DNA from: Callorhinchus milii
Lineage: Eukaryota
Direction of reading: 5' to 3'
DNA: 64,000 nt
Assembly: GCF_018977255.1 (NCBI RefSeq)
Contig: NW_024704743.1
Coordinates: 12,836,001 to 12,900,000 of the forward strand
This document shows positions 1 to 12,394 of this stretch, piece by piece. Every line of letters starts with the position of its first letter. Positions within the stretch are counted from its first letter, which is position 1. Below the pieces are notes generated by a model. The model did no database searches. It worked only from the letters and a program-made list of their open reading frames with translations, and was not told where the DNA came from. The position numbers were made by a program, and so were the translations under genes.

Positions 1-100
1 ATAATAATCCTTGCATTTGATACAATGCTTTTCACGTCTTCTAGATGTCTCAAAGTGCTTCACGGAATATGCTGTAAAGTGAATTGACTGTATATTTGTG
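1..100 (-). mobile_element. SINE 3' tail fragment
   Basis: Reverse complement of the SINE 3' end (ataatccttgcatttgata...ctgtaaagtgaattgactgtata) seen throughout the window. Confidence 0.75.
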
Positions 101-104
101 ATTT

Positions 105-830
105 GTATATGAGTGTGAGGATCTTGTAATCTTGTAATGTTTTGCAATAGAGAGACAGAGGAGCCTGGCAAGGACTGAGTTTGGTGTGGGTGAGTATACA
201 GGCAGTGGAGTTTTGAATCAATTGGATTTGATGAATGGTGAGATCAGTGAGAAACACATTGGAATAATTGAGGCGAGAGGTGATGAAAGTGTGAATGAGG
301 GTTTTGTCTGCGTGAGAAGTGCATACAGGTTCAGTACGTCTGAGGGTTAGGCTGTGGAGGTTAAGGAGATTGGAGCTACAAGTGAGAAGACATTGATGGA
401 AATAAGGAGTATGGCTTCCATCTTATCAACATCCTGCTGCAGAAAGTTGGCACTCATCCAGGAGTTGATGTCGGACAACCAAGCTGACAGGTTATCGGTG
501 GAGCTGGAGTTGCAGCTGGAGGAGAAGTAGATTTGGGTGTCGTCCACATAAATGTGGAAATTAACCCATGTCTGTGGATGACATGACCGAGAAGGACCAT
601 GTAAATGTAGAAAAGGAGAGGTCCAAGGATGAAGGGGGCGGAGGAAAAATTTTGCGTAGACAAAGTGATGGCAGTTGGTTAAGTGGGACTTGAATCAGCA
701 GAGTGCAATCCAACTAAATTGGATGAAGGAGGAGAGGCGGTCGAGGAGTATGACTGTGTTAAAGGCAACGGAGAAGACCAGGAGGACAAGGAGGTAGACG
801 GAGCGAGAGTCACAGAGGGAGAGAGAGAGA
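105..830 (-). mobile_element. Old, degraded L2 LINE fragment (reverse transcriptase domain)
   Basis: Minus ORFs give LGPLLFYIYM and DDTQIY (YADD-like) and LSDINSWMSANFLQ, typical of L2 ORF2. Confidence 0.8.
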
Positions 831-1057
831 ATTATAATAATTATAATAATAATAATCCTTGCCTTATAATATCATTAAAATATCTCAAATGACTTCACAA
901 TATTTACTGCCTGTATATTTGTAGACAAATGTGACAGTCTTCTTGCACACAGCAATGCTCAACAAACAGCCATGGAGATTGTTGGCCGGGACACCAGAAG
1001 AAACTCCCTTCTCATTTTGAATGTGCCAGAGGATCTTTATTGTCCACTTAATCAACA

Positions 1058-1768
1058 TCAACAACAACAACAACAAAATTACATTTATAGAGCGCCTTTC
1101 ACGTCGGGAGGATGTCCCAAAGCGCCGAACAGTCAGGTGTCGGGGCCCGAGCATGGGGAGGGGAGATGTAGGGTTGAGGGAAGGCAGAGGGAGGGCGACC
1201 AAAGGCACGATCGAAGAGAAGGGTCTTGAGACCGGCCTTGAAGGACGCAAGGGAGGAAGCGAGGCAAAGGGACCGTGGGATGGAGTTCCAGAGTGTGGGG
1301 ACAGAGAGGCTGAAAGCCCGGCCAACGATGGTAGGGCAGATCGGGCGGGAGATATGGAGCAGGCAGGTTGGTAGGGAGTCAGCAGATCAGTGAGCTAGGA
1401 GGGGACAAGATCATGGATGGCCTTGAAAGTGAGGACGAGGATCTTGAACTCGATCCTCTGGGGGATAGGGAGCCAGTGGAGTCGGGCGAGGGTGGAAGTG
1501 ATGGGGTCGCGGAGCCTGGTGCGCGAGAGCACACGAGTGCAGAGTTTTGGATTATCCGCAGCTTGTGAAGGGAAGAGTTGAGAAGGCCGATGAGGAGGAA
1601 GTTTCCGTAATTGAACCTGAGATGACGAATGCGTGGATAAGGGTTTTGGCAGCCTGAAGGATGAGGTAGTGGAGGAGTCTGGCAATGTTGCAGAGGTGAC
1701 AGTAGGCAGTGCCGGTCATAACGTGGATGTGGGAGAGAAAGGACAGTTCAGGGTCAAACAAGACACCC
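1058..1768 (-). mobile_element. L2 LINE 3' fragment
   Basis: ORFs FDPELSFLSHI...IARL and TLARLHWLPIPQRIEFKIL; (CAA)n tail at about 1060. Confidence 0.9.
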
Positions 1769-2136
1769 AGGCTGCCGAAACCCTCACCAACTCATTCGTC
1801 ACATCAAGGCTCGACTATGGGAACTCCCTCCTCATCGGCCTTCCCAACTCTTCCCTTCACAAGCTGCAGATCATCCAAAACTCTGCAGCTCGTGTACTAT
1901 CACACACCAGGATCCGTGACCCCTTCACTCCTACCCTAGCCCGACTCCACTGGCTTCCCATCCCCCAGAGGATCAAGTTCAAGATCCTCATCCTCACCTT
2001 TAAGGCCATCCATGGCCTTGCCCCATCCTACCTCTCTGACCTGCTGACTCCCCACCAAACTGCCCGCTCCCTCCGTTTGGGAGGTCCTCCCCATATGAAA
2101 AGAGCTCTATAAATGTAATTTTGTTGTTGTTGTTGT
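1765..2136 (+). mobile_element. L2 LINE 3' fragment, inverted relative to its neighbour
   Basis: AAETL...SRLDYGNSLL...LHWLPIPQRIKFKIL; ends aaatgtaatttt(gtt)n. Confidence 0.9.
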
Positions 2137-2589
2137 AGGACATGAACCAAGTGGACAGGATTTTGATTTTCATTTCATCCCAAGGACTTCAGATTCCCCA
2201 TTACTGGAATGGAGTGTCAGCCAAGATTGTGAGGTCAAAGTCACTCCGTGTGGCTTGAATCTACGACCTTAGGACACAGAGTTGAAAGTGCTACCATCTT
2301 TCGCCCACAAAATGTACAGTCAATTCACTTTACAGAATATTCTGTGAAGCGCTTTGGGGTGTCTCGAAGACGTGATAAGGCACTACATCAAATGCACTGA
2401 TTATTATTATTATCTAAGCCAGATTGACATAGTAAACAGTAAATTAATTGGACAACATTTCAGTTTTACCTTTGTCCCTCTCGAAATACAAGCCAAAAAA
2501 TGTGCTTGGTGTATGTAGGTAAGACTACATATGTCTGCCATGTTTCAGGAGGTGCATCCTCCTGTTGCAATCCCACGCTTGTGAAGTTG

Positions 2590-2603
2590 GTAGCCATGGT
2601 AAC
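2590..2603. promoter_or_regulatory. Candidate RFX X-box
   Basis: GTAGCCATGGTAAC matches GTNRCC(N0-3)RGYAAC in non-repeat-looking DNA; motif match only. Confidence 0.3.
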
Positions 2604-3249
2604 GTGTACCTCATCGCAGAAATGTCTCAATGAGAACTCAGCAAGACATGGTAAGGGATTGTTTGGAGAATGGGGCAATGTCGAGACAATTCTTAATGTA
2701 ACAATTGGAGCTTGCCTGTAATGTCCGAGCTCACAACAAATGCATTTAACTATATCTGAAAGTACACAAAATAATCTCATGAGGAGTAGGAAGCTAGAAG
2801 TCACCAGAGGGAGCCAAAGACCAAGTCATAGCCTCATGGGCAGAGAGCACAACAACATTTGAATGTGTAGACCATTGCAGTCAAAATGGTTGGTCCAAAG
2901 ATGATAAACCACCATATGCTACTCTCTAATATGGTTGAAATGGTTCTTTCACAAACATTTATCCAACTCCTCTTCAGCAATACTGGATGAGTTGAAGCAC
3001 CTATACCGAGCTTCATAACAATCTGCTCAAATCTGCTAAGTCAATGATTTTCCAACTGAGTCTGTACTTTGTTGAAGCATTTTGAGATATCCTCCTGATT
3101 TGAAAGGCTCTATATAAATATCAAATTGTTGTTCTTATTATCGTTGAGTTTTTCCATCACCAAACATCAAAACCTTCCACCCTTCTTCATTTCTTCTTGT
3201 TTTAGGTTTTAATAAATTTTTCTTTGCTTGGGAAACCGGGCATAGGTCT

Positions 3250-3640
3250 CAGGGTTATTAATGGAAAAAGCAGAGGAGAGATTAAAATAAATTCCTTCAC
3301 TCAGAGGGTTATGAGCATTTGGAATTCATTCTCACCAGTGGCTGATGAGTCTTGGATAAACAGAAGCATTCAGAAGGGAACTTGATAAACACTTTGGCAG
3401 TAAAAACATTAAGGGGTATGGAGAATGAGCTGGAATGTGATAATAATAATCATAATCGTTGCATTTGATACATTGCCTCATCACATTGTCAAAATGTCTC
3501 AAAGTGTTTATTACTGTAAAGTGTAGTGATTACAAATTTATAGACAAACAAGAGGAGATGATTTAGAAAATCAGATGGAAAGCAGTGCTACAGACACAAT
3601 GGGCTGAATGGCTTCCTGTGTTGAAAATGTTTACGTTTTT
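3250..3640 (+). mobile_element. Degraded CR1 LINE 3' end interrupted by a minus-strand SINE tail
   Basis: ttcactcagagggttatgagcatttggaattc (FTQRV..WN motif) and tgggctgaatggcttcctgtg tail; SINE tail at about 3440-3545. Confidence 0.65.
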
Positions 3641-3884
3641 ATCTACAGCAAGGATTTTCTGATGAGCTACAAGGAACAATAAACTGAGATCTTCAGCCAT
3701 GAAAACAGATGCTTCAAACCTTCAAGCTCCCCCTCCTTTATTCCCTGCTCATTGATCCCCATTGTATTTGTGAAGATATCTATCCTATGTAGTTGTTAAT
3801 GCACATTGCCTTAGAGGGTCCTTTGGAGGAATAGAATAAGATGCTCAATGGGACTGGCCTCACCTATAAACATATTTTCAGATA

Positions 3885-4750
3885 CACTAAGTAGCAGAAC
3901 AAGAGGGCATCTGCGGCCGTTTTGAACAGGCCTCGGGTGCCAGGGTCAACCGCCAGAAAAGCGAGGTGATGTATTTTGGGAACTGGCAAGACCGTAGATG
4001 CATTCCATTTGCGGTGAAGCCAGACTACATCAAGGTCCTCAGCATCTGGTTTGGGGTGGCCAGGGCATGCCAAAAAACTGGGAAGAGAGTCTAGATATGG
4101 TGAGGAAGAAACTGAGGATGTTGCACCAGGACTCGCTGTCCACCACTGGGAAAAATCTGGTATAAAGTATGAGGTGCTCTCGGTGTTACTGTACGTGGCC
4201 CAGATCTGGCCTTTGAGCAGCAGAATGAGGAAATGGAGAGGGCCTGCCTTAGGCTAGCACATGCTAGGATCAGGGACTATATACTGAGGGATACGCTGAA
4301 GCTCGGCTCAGCCGTGGTAAAGGCTGGATGGGGCCTGACCCCAGCCGTAGCTCCTCCTATGCCCGTCTTGCTCACATTGGCATCACATCCCCATGCCCCA
4401 GGATCTCTACCAGTGAGAGGGAGATGTCAGGGTGTGCTCACCGGGTAATCCATAAGGGTTCTCAAAACACATGGATGTAGAGCATGCAGGGGCAATTCCG
4501 GACTGTCTTAAAGGGAGAGTCTGAAAAAATATGTGTGCATTACCTGTGTGCTGTGAAGCTGTCCGCACTCCCCACTAAGAGGGGAGAGATGGGGGGGGGG
4601 TTTACAAGAACCTCAATTGTAACTGCACCTTACAAAGGGTGGCAGAACCCCAAGGCGGAGAAGTCTTGGCCCCTTCACCAAAGTGGAGTGCACAGAGGCC
4701 ACCCCCGCCACAGGGGGTCGAGTCTGTTGCGTCCTGTAGCAGAACAATAA
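3885..4750 (+). mobile_element. Tx1-type (L1 group) LINE, internally deleted fragment
   Basis: FEQASGARVNRQKSEV-like RT segment; ACLRLAHARIRDYILRDTLK C-terminus and 3' UTR shared with the copy at 38760-40265. Confidence 0.75.
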
Positions 4751-4782
4751 CATGCTGCATTCTTTTCTGTAATGGGTTTGAT

Positions 4783-5149
4783 AATAATTATAATCCTTGC
4801 ATTTGATAAAGCGCCTTATCACATCTTTGAGACGTCTCAAAGCGCTTCATAGAATATACTGTAAAGTGCAGTGACTGTATAGTCTGTGGGCGAAACATGG
4901 CAGTCAATTGTGCACAGCATCGTCCCACAAACAGTCGTGGATTTAGGGATCAATTTATTATTTATTTTAAACAATTATCATCCCCAGAAAAGTGATTTAC
5001 CAATCGTCTAACAACTGGGGTCCTACTTACTGCTAGGTAAACAGGCGTGTGGAGTAAGGACATTTGCCCAATGTTTCACCCTGCTGGGAATTGAACCCAG
5101 GTCTCTCGCTTACCAGGTGAGTTCTGTAATCACTGAGCGAAAGGACTCC
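4783..5149 (-). mobile_element. tRNA-derived SINE, older long-form subfamily
   Basis: tRNA-like head, ctagcagtaagtagga middle segment and L2-type tail, all on the minus strand. Confidence 0.85.
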
Positions 5150-5748
5150 GTTACTGATACTGTCTGAGATAAGCGTAAATATATATCAATAAATATATAT
5201 ATTTTGTTTAAAAAAATCAAGTTGGCACAGGTTCAAGTTTATGAAAGACAATTTCAGGTCAGATGCATGAAGTATATCTTAACACAAAAGTAAGTAACAA
5301 CTGTACCAGATTACCAGGAAGTGGACCAGGTGGAGGGCGGGAACGGATATATTTTTTTAAAAAAGCTTGAAGCTATAATGGTGAGATTGTCAGGTGATTG
5401 TTCTGGAAGAATTAGATCAGATGGGCTTGAAGAAATTTGGTCAGCCAAGTGAGCTTGTGAATTTTATAGTTAGGGGTTTAATCATAATAACAATAATAAT
5501 CCTTGCATTTGATATAGTGCTTTTCACGTCTTCTAGACTGTAAAGTGAATTGACTGTATATTTGTGGGAGAAATGTACAAACAGGGATTATCTTTTCTCT
5601 GACCATCATAGTGACCCTCATCAGTCTTATATCCTCACTGATGGGGGGAAATAAATAAGATTAAGCCGCACGACTGGTCAGTCAGTGTTCAGCAGTGAGT
5701 GTTAGTGTTCCAATAAGGCACGGAGATTATGATGTGGCAGGTCTAAAG

Positions 5749-5930
5749 TAATAATAATAATAATCCTTGCATTTGATATAGAACCTTATCACTCCTTTGA
5801 GGTGTCTCAAAGCGCTTCATGGAATATGCTATAAAGTGAGTTGACTCTATATTTTATGGGCAAAATGTGGCAGCCAATTGCGCACAGCAATATCCCACAA
5901 ACAGTCATGGATTGAGTGACCAAATTGCTT
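5749..5930 (-). mobile_element. SINE 3' half
   Basis: (TAA)n ccttgcatttgatatag...ggcagccaattgcgcacagc. Confidence 0.8.
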
Positions 5931-6329
5931 TTAAGTAACAGAATACAATCCTTGGAAACCCTCATGCTCATTCAATACTAGCTAGTCACTAGCTGTTTTC
6001 AGATTCTAATCAAATCCCCGAAGCATTCTTTGAAAGACAATCATACCACTTGTATTGTAAAGTTGCTACATTATCTAAATAATACCCAGATTACACACAT
6101 GAAAGCAAATCAGCTTCCTCCTAATTTATTACCTATTTTGAATGGTATTTCATTGGCAAACATTAATCACACAGCTCAGAAGAGGAAACAACATGAGAAA
6201 TACCTCCGTGTTCAGCACCTCGACACTGGAAAAACAGGAAAGAATTTTAATCAGTCAAATATGAATGAGTGTGTAAGGGCAAAGTATTTGTTGTGTTGTG
6301 AGAGAAATTCAAGGATGTTGTTATATTAC

Positions 6330-6391
6330 CTCAAAGTCCTGCCAGGACAGGCCTGGAATGATCCGGGAAACGGACCCTGAGTCAACGTACC
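6330..6391 (-). CDS. Candidate 62-nt internal exon of an unidentified minus-strand gene
   Basis: Minus strand reads ttattgttcttag|GGTACG...TTTGAG|gtaata; GC/CpG-richer than flanks; open frames YVDSGSVSRIIPGLSWQDFE or GTLTQGPFPGSFQACPGRTL; protein not recognised. Confidence 0.35.
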
Positions 6392-6688
6392 CTAAGAACA
6401 ATAATAACTGTAATAGAGGTCATTGCCTCCTCAGCGTATTATTGGCAATTGTAATATAAGGAGGAAATGAAGAGTCCTGAATGCTATGATTGTACTGTGG
6501 TCAATATTTCTAGAGGAAACACGTCTCATATCTCTTCAAATGGAATCAGCTGAGCATTGCATGGATCCCACCTTTACCCTCATTATTATCTTATTTCTCA
6601 CTGGCACAAATGTGAGCATACAACTTGTATGAGAATGGAGAGTCCATCCAGTGCCTCATAATTTGGTCTGTTATTTAATAATAATCCT

Positions 6689-7045
6689 GTGGAGTCCTAT
6701 AGCTCAGCAGATAGAGCACTTGACTCGCAAGTGAAAGATCTGGGAGGGCTAAACTTTGGGCAAGTTTCCTTACTCCGCACCCCTCTGTTTACCTAGCAGT
6801 AAGTAGGAGCCTGGCTGTTAGTCGATTGACGGATCGCTTATCCGGGGGTAATAATTCCTTAAAAAAAATTAGTCACCCAATCCACGACTGTTTGTGGGAC
6901 ATTGCTGTATGCAATTCGCTGCCGAATTTAGCCCACAAAATACAGTAAATTCACTCTACAGTATATTCTGTGAAGCGCTTTGAGACGTCTTGAAGATGTG
7001 ATAAGGCTCTATATCAAATATAAGGATTATTATTTATTATTATTA
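6689..7045 (+). mobile_element. tRNA-derived SINE, older subfamily
   Basis: gtggagtcctatagctcag head through aaatataaggattatt tail. Confidence 0.85.
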
Positions 7046-7275
7046 TTTGATATAGTGCCTTTCGTGTTGAATGGATGTATCAAACTGCTTCAAAGGATTT
7101 AGTATAAAATGTATTTTGTAGGCAAATATGGTAGTCAATTTGCACATGACAATGTGTCGTGGAATCTTCAACTTCCATGTGGATAGGCAGATGGGACCTT
7201 GGTTTAACATCTCATCTGAAGGACGGTATCTCCAGCAATGCACCACTCTCTACATTGGAGTATGTATGTATTATG
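7046..7275 (-). mobile_element. Deu-domain SINE fragment
   Basis: gggaccttggtttaacatctcatctgaaggacggtatctcc is the reverse complement of the Deu core (ggtgccgtctttcggatgagacgttaaaccgaggtcc). Confidence 0.7.
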
Positions 7276-8926
7276 TTACGACGACTGCTGTTAATTCCCT
7301 GAAAAAGTAAGGGATGGTGACGAGGTGCTTTGGGCAGTGTACAGAATAATGGGGAATGCAGAGCTGGCAAACAGAAGCAAAAGGGAATTAGCTAAACCCT
7401 TTACTCTGTGATGCTTGGATACCAAATGTCACAAGATCACAAAATTGTTTTGGATATAAAAAGGCCCTTCAGCACATTTGATCTCATCCTTCCAGAATAC
7501 CCATGAGACTATCTTCCCATCACAGCATCAAGCAATGTTTTAGATGTTCTATCATTCTGTCTTGCTCCCTATCTGAGATTATTATTAAAATATTATTATT
7601 TTTCTCTCAATAATAATAATAATTATTATTGAGATGTCTTGAACATGTGATAAGGCGCTATATCAAATGCAAGGATTATATTATTATTATTATTATTATT
7701 ATTCTGTCTTTAAGCCCTATCTCAAATCCTGCTACTTTCAACATGCCTAACAAAGAAGGAAGTTTCTCCTGGTGTCGTGGCCAACAATTGCTCCCCCCCA
7801 CAAAAACATTCATTTCCTGGCTATTTGTGGGACACTGCTTTGCAAATTGGCTGCCACGTTCGCTCACAAAACACACAGTCACTGCACTTTATAATATATC
7901 CTGTGCAGCACTTTGGGACATCTTCCCAATGTGAAAGGCACTATACCAAATGTAAGGATTAATATTATTTTATTATTATTATTATAGTGAGTGCCTTTGA
8001 ATGTGATCCCAACGTGAAAGACCTATAGAAATGTAATTTGTTGTTGAGTTAACTGGTTGTCATGTTTATTGCTGCCTCGCACTGTTTTGCCATAGTGAGT
8101 GACAAATCAACCAACACCCCTAGATCACTTTCAGCTTCCCCCTTGCGAAGGTTTATCCGATCCACTGAATACATGTGTTTTCTATTCTTATTTCCTTAAG
8201 TATAGACCTTACATTTATCAGTATTAAACTTCACTTGCCAGAACTTCACTTAACATAGCTCCTATTTTGACCGAGCTCCCCTAACAAGCTCTGCTTCCTT
8301 CCCTTCAGCCAAATCTGAATCCAGAGCTTTGTTTTGCCCTCGATACTCAGTGACCACCGTTTGTGAAGGAGTCTTTCAGGTACTTTGGCAAACTGTGGAT
8401 TTGGAAGTCTAGATACAGTAGTAACGGCAGAGGAGGGCATCGTCTTGGAAATCATGGAACACTAACTGAGTGCAAGATGGTATGTGGGGTTTATAAAAGA
8501 TTTAGAGGAGTCAAATGAGTCAACAAGTTTCTGACCAGCTTCATGATGTGGAGTGAGCATCCCTGGAGGTCACTGTGGTCAACGCCTGAGGTGAGAAGGC
8601 TGACCACATCGCTTGTTGGCCTATTTGCCCGTTGGAACCTGACATGCACAATTAGCATATCTAACAGGATTGACAGAGCCTAATTCTAAAATCTGCTATT
8701 TTGGATTTGCCGGTTAGTCATTCTCACTTTGAATTGTACACGCCACTCCTCTATTCACAGAGATTTGAATTTCAGCAGCTTAAACAGTTGCTGAAGAAGA
8801 GGAAAACACTTAGCATTGTAGATGTGTCATTATTGGCTGATAGTCCTTTCTTGAATGGTATTTTTCCCAAACAATATTTCAGAATCCTAGAGGTTCATGT
8901 GGGATTCAGTTAGATTTCCATTAAAA

Positions 8927-9397
8927 CATCACAGAATGGTTTATCCTGTTAATTATTAATCTTTGGTAAGTGTTCCCTTCACCCACTGCAACGCTGAACC
9001 TGGTCACCATCACAATACAACCCCCCTAAAAAGCCATTGCCAGACGCCAAGATTATTTTTAACAAAGAATTCTTTCTTTTCCTTCTCCCTTCATTGTTTT
9101 GTATGTTGAACTTTGGTCCAATGACAATGTTAAATCATGTTGTGAGCCATTTGTATGAAATTGGTAGAAGCACGTGGATCCAATGGCTGACTGAGAATTG
9201 CTCTTAATGTTCGGCTTGTCAGCTTTCAACTGCGGCCGTATTGTTAATCAGCAACAAATCAAAGGCAATGTAATTAGAGCTGAGAGAGGCCAACAGGTGT
9301 GCCAGAAAAGTAGCGCACCTCTCCTCAGGCTTTAAACCTCAACAAGCACATTTGAAGAGATTCCCAATCGTTCTGATAAAGATCCCAGTGTCCATTC
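8927..9397 (+). repeat. Long-range inverted repeat, arm A (428-bp core 8927-9354 plus diverged extension); CNE/enhancer-like
   Basis: Reverse complement of 54264-54691 with 3 mismatches (9274, 9276, 9283); 9371-9397 matches 54237-54263 after a 16-nt indel. Confidence 0.97.
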
Positions 9398-9837
9398 AAA
9401 CTGAGCGAATTCTATATATCCATAGATTTGCATTTGTTTCTGTCACAGAATATTATTTATTCACTGATTTCACAAAGACCTCTAAAGCAGGCAACTTTTA
9501 TTTTAGTAAATGTATTACACATTATTACCATTAATAAATTGATAGCTGGAATTAGGCACCTGAAGTTAGGAGAAGAAGTTATGGAAGCTGGGAATGCTCA
9601 TATTGGAGAAGAGAAGGTTCAGTGGAGTTCGTATCAACGTATATTACAAATTTACATTTAGATAGAGCCTTTCACGTCGGGAGGATGTCCCAAGATGCTT
9701 AATAGTACTGGCTTAGCACCTGAGCTGGGGATGGGAGTCAAGGGGCTGGAGAAGGGAAAGAAGACCGAAAGCATGGTTAAAGAGGTAGATCTTGAAACAG
9801 AATGTAATCATTATTCTAGTAGATGAAATAACATAGT

Positions 9838-10262
9838 GATAATTATCTATGCATTTGATATAGCGCTTTATCACTTCATTGAAATGCGAAAAGCATTTCG
9901 CAGGATTTATCGTAAATTGTAGTGACTGTTTTATATTTGTTGGGAAATCCAGCAGCATATTTGCAGACAGCCATTAAGTGAATGACAAATTTTATTTGAT
10001 GATTGTTGGCGAGAACACAGGGAGAAACACGCCTATTTTCAAATAGCACCATGGGATGTTTAATGGACACCTAACAGGCAGATGGGACCTCAGTTTAACA
10101 TCGCCCCCAAAAGATGGCACCTGTAGCAAAACAGCAATTTCCTAGCATTGCATCGGAGTGTTAGCGTCGACTATATGAGTTCAAAGTCCTGATGTGGGGC
10201 TTGAAACCACAATCTTGTGGCTCAGAGGCAAGAGTGAGACCAACTGAGCCAGGTTGATACCA
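9838..10262 (-). mobile_element. Deu-domain SINE, near full length
   Basis: tRNA-like head (caactgagccagg...), Deu core and L2-type tail. Confidence 0.75.
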
Positions 10263-10439
10263 CCAGTTAAACCTTCTCTAAAAATATGTTTAACACAAAC
10301 AACTAATTTGCAAGCGTCAGAAATTAATTTGTAACCAGAGAATCCTGCAGCCACCTGGGCATGTCAAAGACTGGCCTTCTGGAATTCTGTTCCCAAATTG
10401 ATTGAAACTGATCTTCTGCTAGGCAGCAAGAGCTTTCTT

Positions 10440-10822
10440 TAGCTATATAGTGGAGTTTGTTAATCTGGAACAGAGTGGAGAGAGTTAAAGGAACCCATGG
10501 AGGTTTTCCAAACTATGAATGGTTTAAATAGGGTAAAATTAGAGAGACATTGTCTACTGATGAGTAAAATCACTAACAGGATATGAATTGATGATAATGA
10601 AGAAATATGTATTTTACACAAAAGGATGTTAAAATATGGGATGCCTTACCACAGATGACTTCTATCCAAGTCCATTACAATTTTAAAATGGATAAAGAGG
10701 AAATAATATTCATAGATATAGGGAAAAAGCAGGAGAGGGTAGATAGGACCAGTGGCGGAGTTAGCACCAGCACACACCCAATGGAACAAATTACAACCTT
10801 CTGTGCTGGGACTGTTCTGTAA
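10440..10822 (+). mobile_element. Old CR1 LINE 3' fragment
   Basis: YFTQKDVKIWDALPQ resembles the CR1 FFTQRVVNxWNSLP motif. Confidence 0.6.
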
Positions 10823-12394
10823 ATCTTGTTGGTGATAATTAAGCCATGTTACATTTTCCCCTGACCTTTCTGTTTGCTCACAAAAAAAACATTCATTCCA
10901 CTTTATAACATAGCCTGTTAAGTCCTCCTAACTGAAAGGTATATCTTAAACATAAGGATGATTATTGTTATTGCTAACAAATACCTGACCTGCTAAACAC
11001 TCCCTTCTATCCCCTTAGTGATGAATGTTGTTGTGTTAAACAAATGGGTGAAGGTGATCCTGGTTAATGGCTTGCATAGGGATAGCAGTGTCCAGTGAGG
11101 GTGTGTTGTGATGACCTGTTTGTTTGACAGTGGTGAGCAAACTTAAATTGTATGTGCTGTTGCTAAGGCAAAAGTCAAATTTCGTGCTTCCCATTCCAAA
11201 TCAAAAACAGTATGCACATGCATCTTCAAAGTTGCTCAGTGTTTTGAAATAGCTGTTATAACTCCTTTTGAGGAGTTCAGAAATTGACCTGAAATTCCAC
11301 CTTGTTTTAGCTAATAAGATCATTTTATCTTAATTTTAAGATTGAGCAAAATTGTTGAAAATGTTTGGATTCAGTATTAATTCTAAAAACAATTTTCCAC
11401 AGCTTTTAAAAAGCATCAACTTCAAATTCAGACTGAATTTCAGAATTTGTATAGGTGGAATTTCGGGCCTCAGGAAAAGTAATAAGATGGGACACCTTCA
11501 CATCTTCATGGTGTTTCATTTTAATAAACAATAAGGTGAAATATCAGCTTCACCTACAGGGTCTGCTGCAGATAACCTTATAATAGCAGCTGACACCTTG
11601 CTGGGTCTGAGGAGGCTATGAATCAGCTGCTGTAGGATGCTGCTGGTCAGAATCTCCACAATAAGGTGTTAATGGCTTCTGAAATCTTACACTAAGAATG
11701 CAACTCCCTGGGTGTTAAAGACGTTCCAGAATGCAGACAATGTCTGTTCGTGGGTTATTAATCACAAAATCAACAGCCAGATACGGTGCCAAATTGCTCC
11801 TTGATGCCTGACATTGCTGTGTCACTGCATATACCTGTTCTGATGCCCTCCCCACAACCAATGCTCACTCCAGCAGTCGAGCTCCCCTGCACAGCTCTCC
11901 TGTGCATTTTTCCTCCTTGGGTCCAGACTATTAGGTCATACAAAATGAATTCAGGTTTACTGCAATAACATTACCCTCAGGCTGCAAGCATGAATGCAGA
12001 AGTAGAAGGTACAAACTGAGCCTAATCTAGTTTGATTCCTTATATAGAGATAATATCTTATCATCTATATTTTAGAAACTGAGTATTATGGGATCTAAAA
12101 TGCAAGATTTCTAACAGCATTCCTTATTATTGATAAGATCAAACAGACTTCATTCAAACCTCTCTTGTGATCTCTAGAAATTCTCGACAACCCACGGGAG
12201 TTCTGGAAGTAGATTTACTGTTGAGCATGAATATGAGAATGATTTTACCTGGTGGCATTTGGAAATGGGTCAGCAGGAGCAGTTGTGAAGAATTGGATTG
12301 AGTATGAGAGATGGAGCAATGTAGAGTTATTAGTTGTTTCTTTGGGATGGGCTAAATTAACTTCAGTGGTCTCTTCTGGTCCTGTATATTCTTT

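Noticed and set aside
8927..9354. Inverted repeat as a pure assembly artefact
   Set aside because: Clustered mismatches, an indel-bearing diverged extension and a third diverged copy argue against it, though read-level confirmation is still needed.
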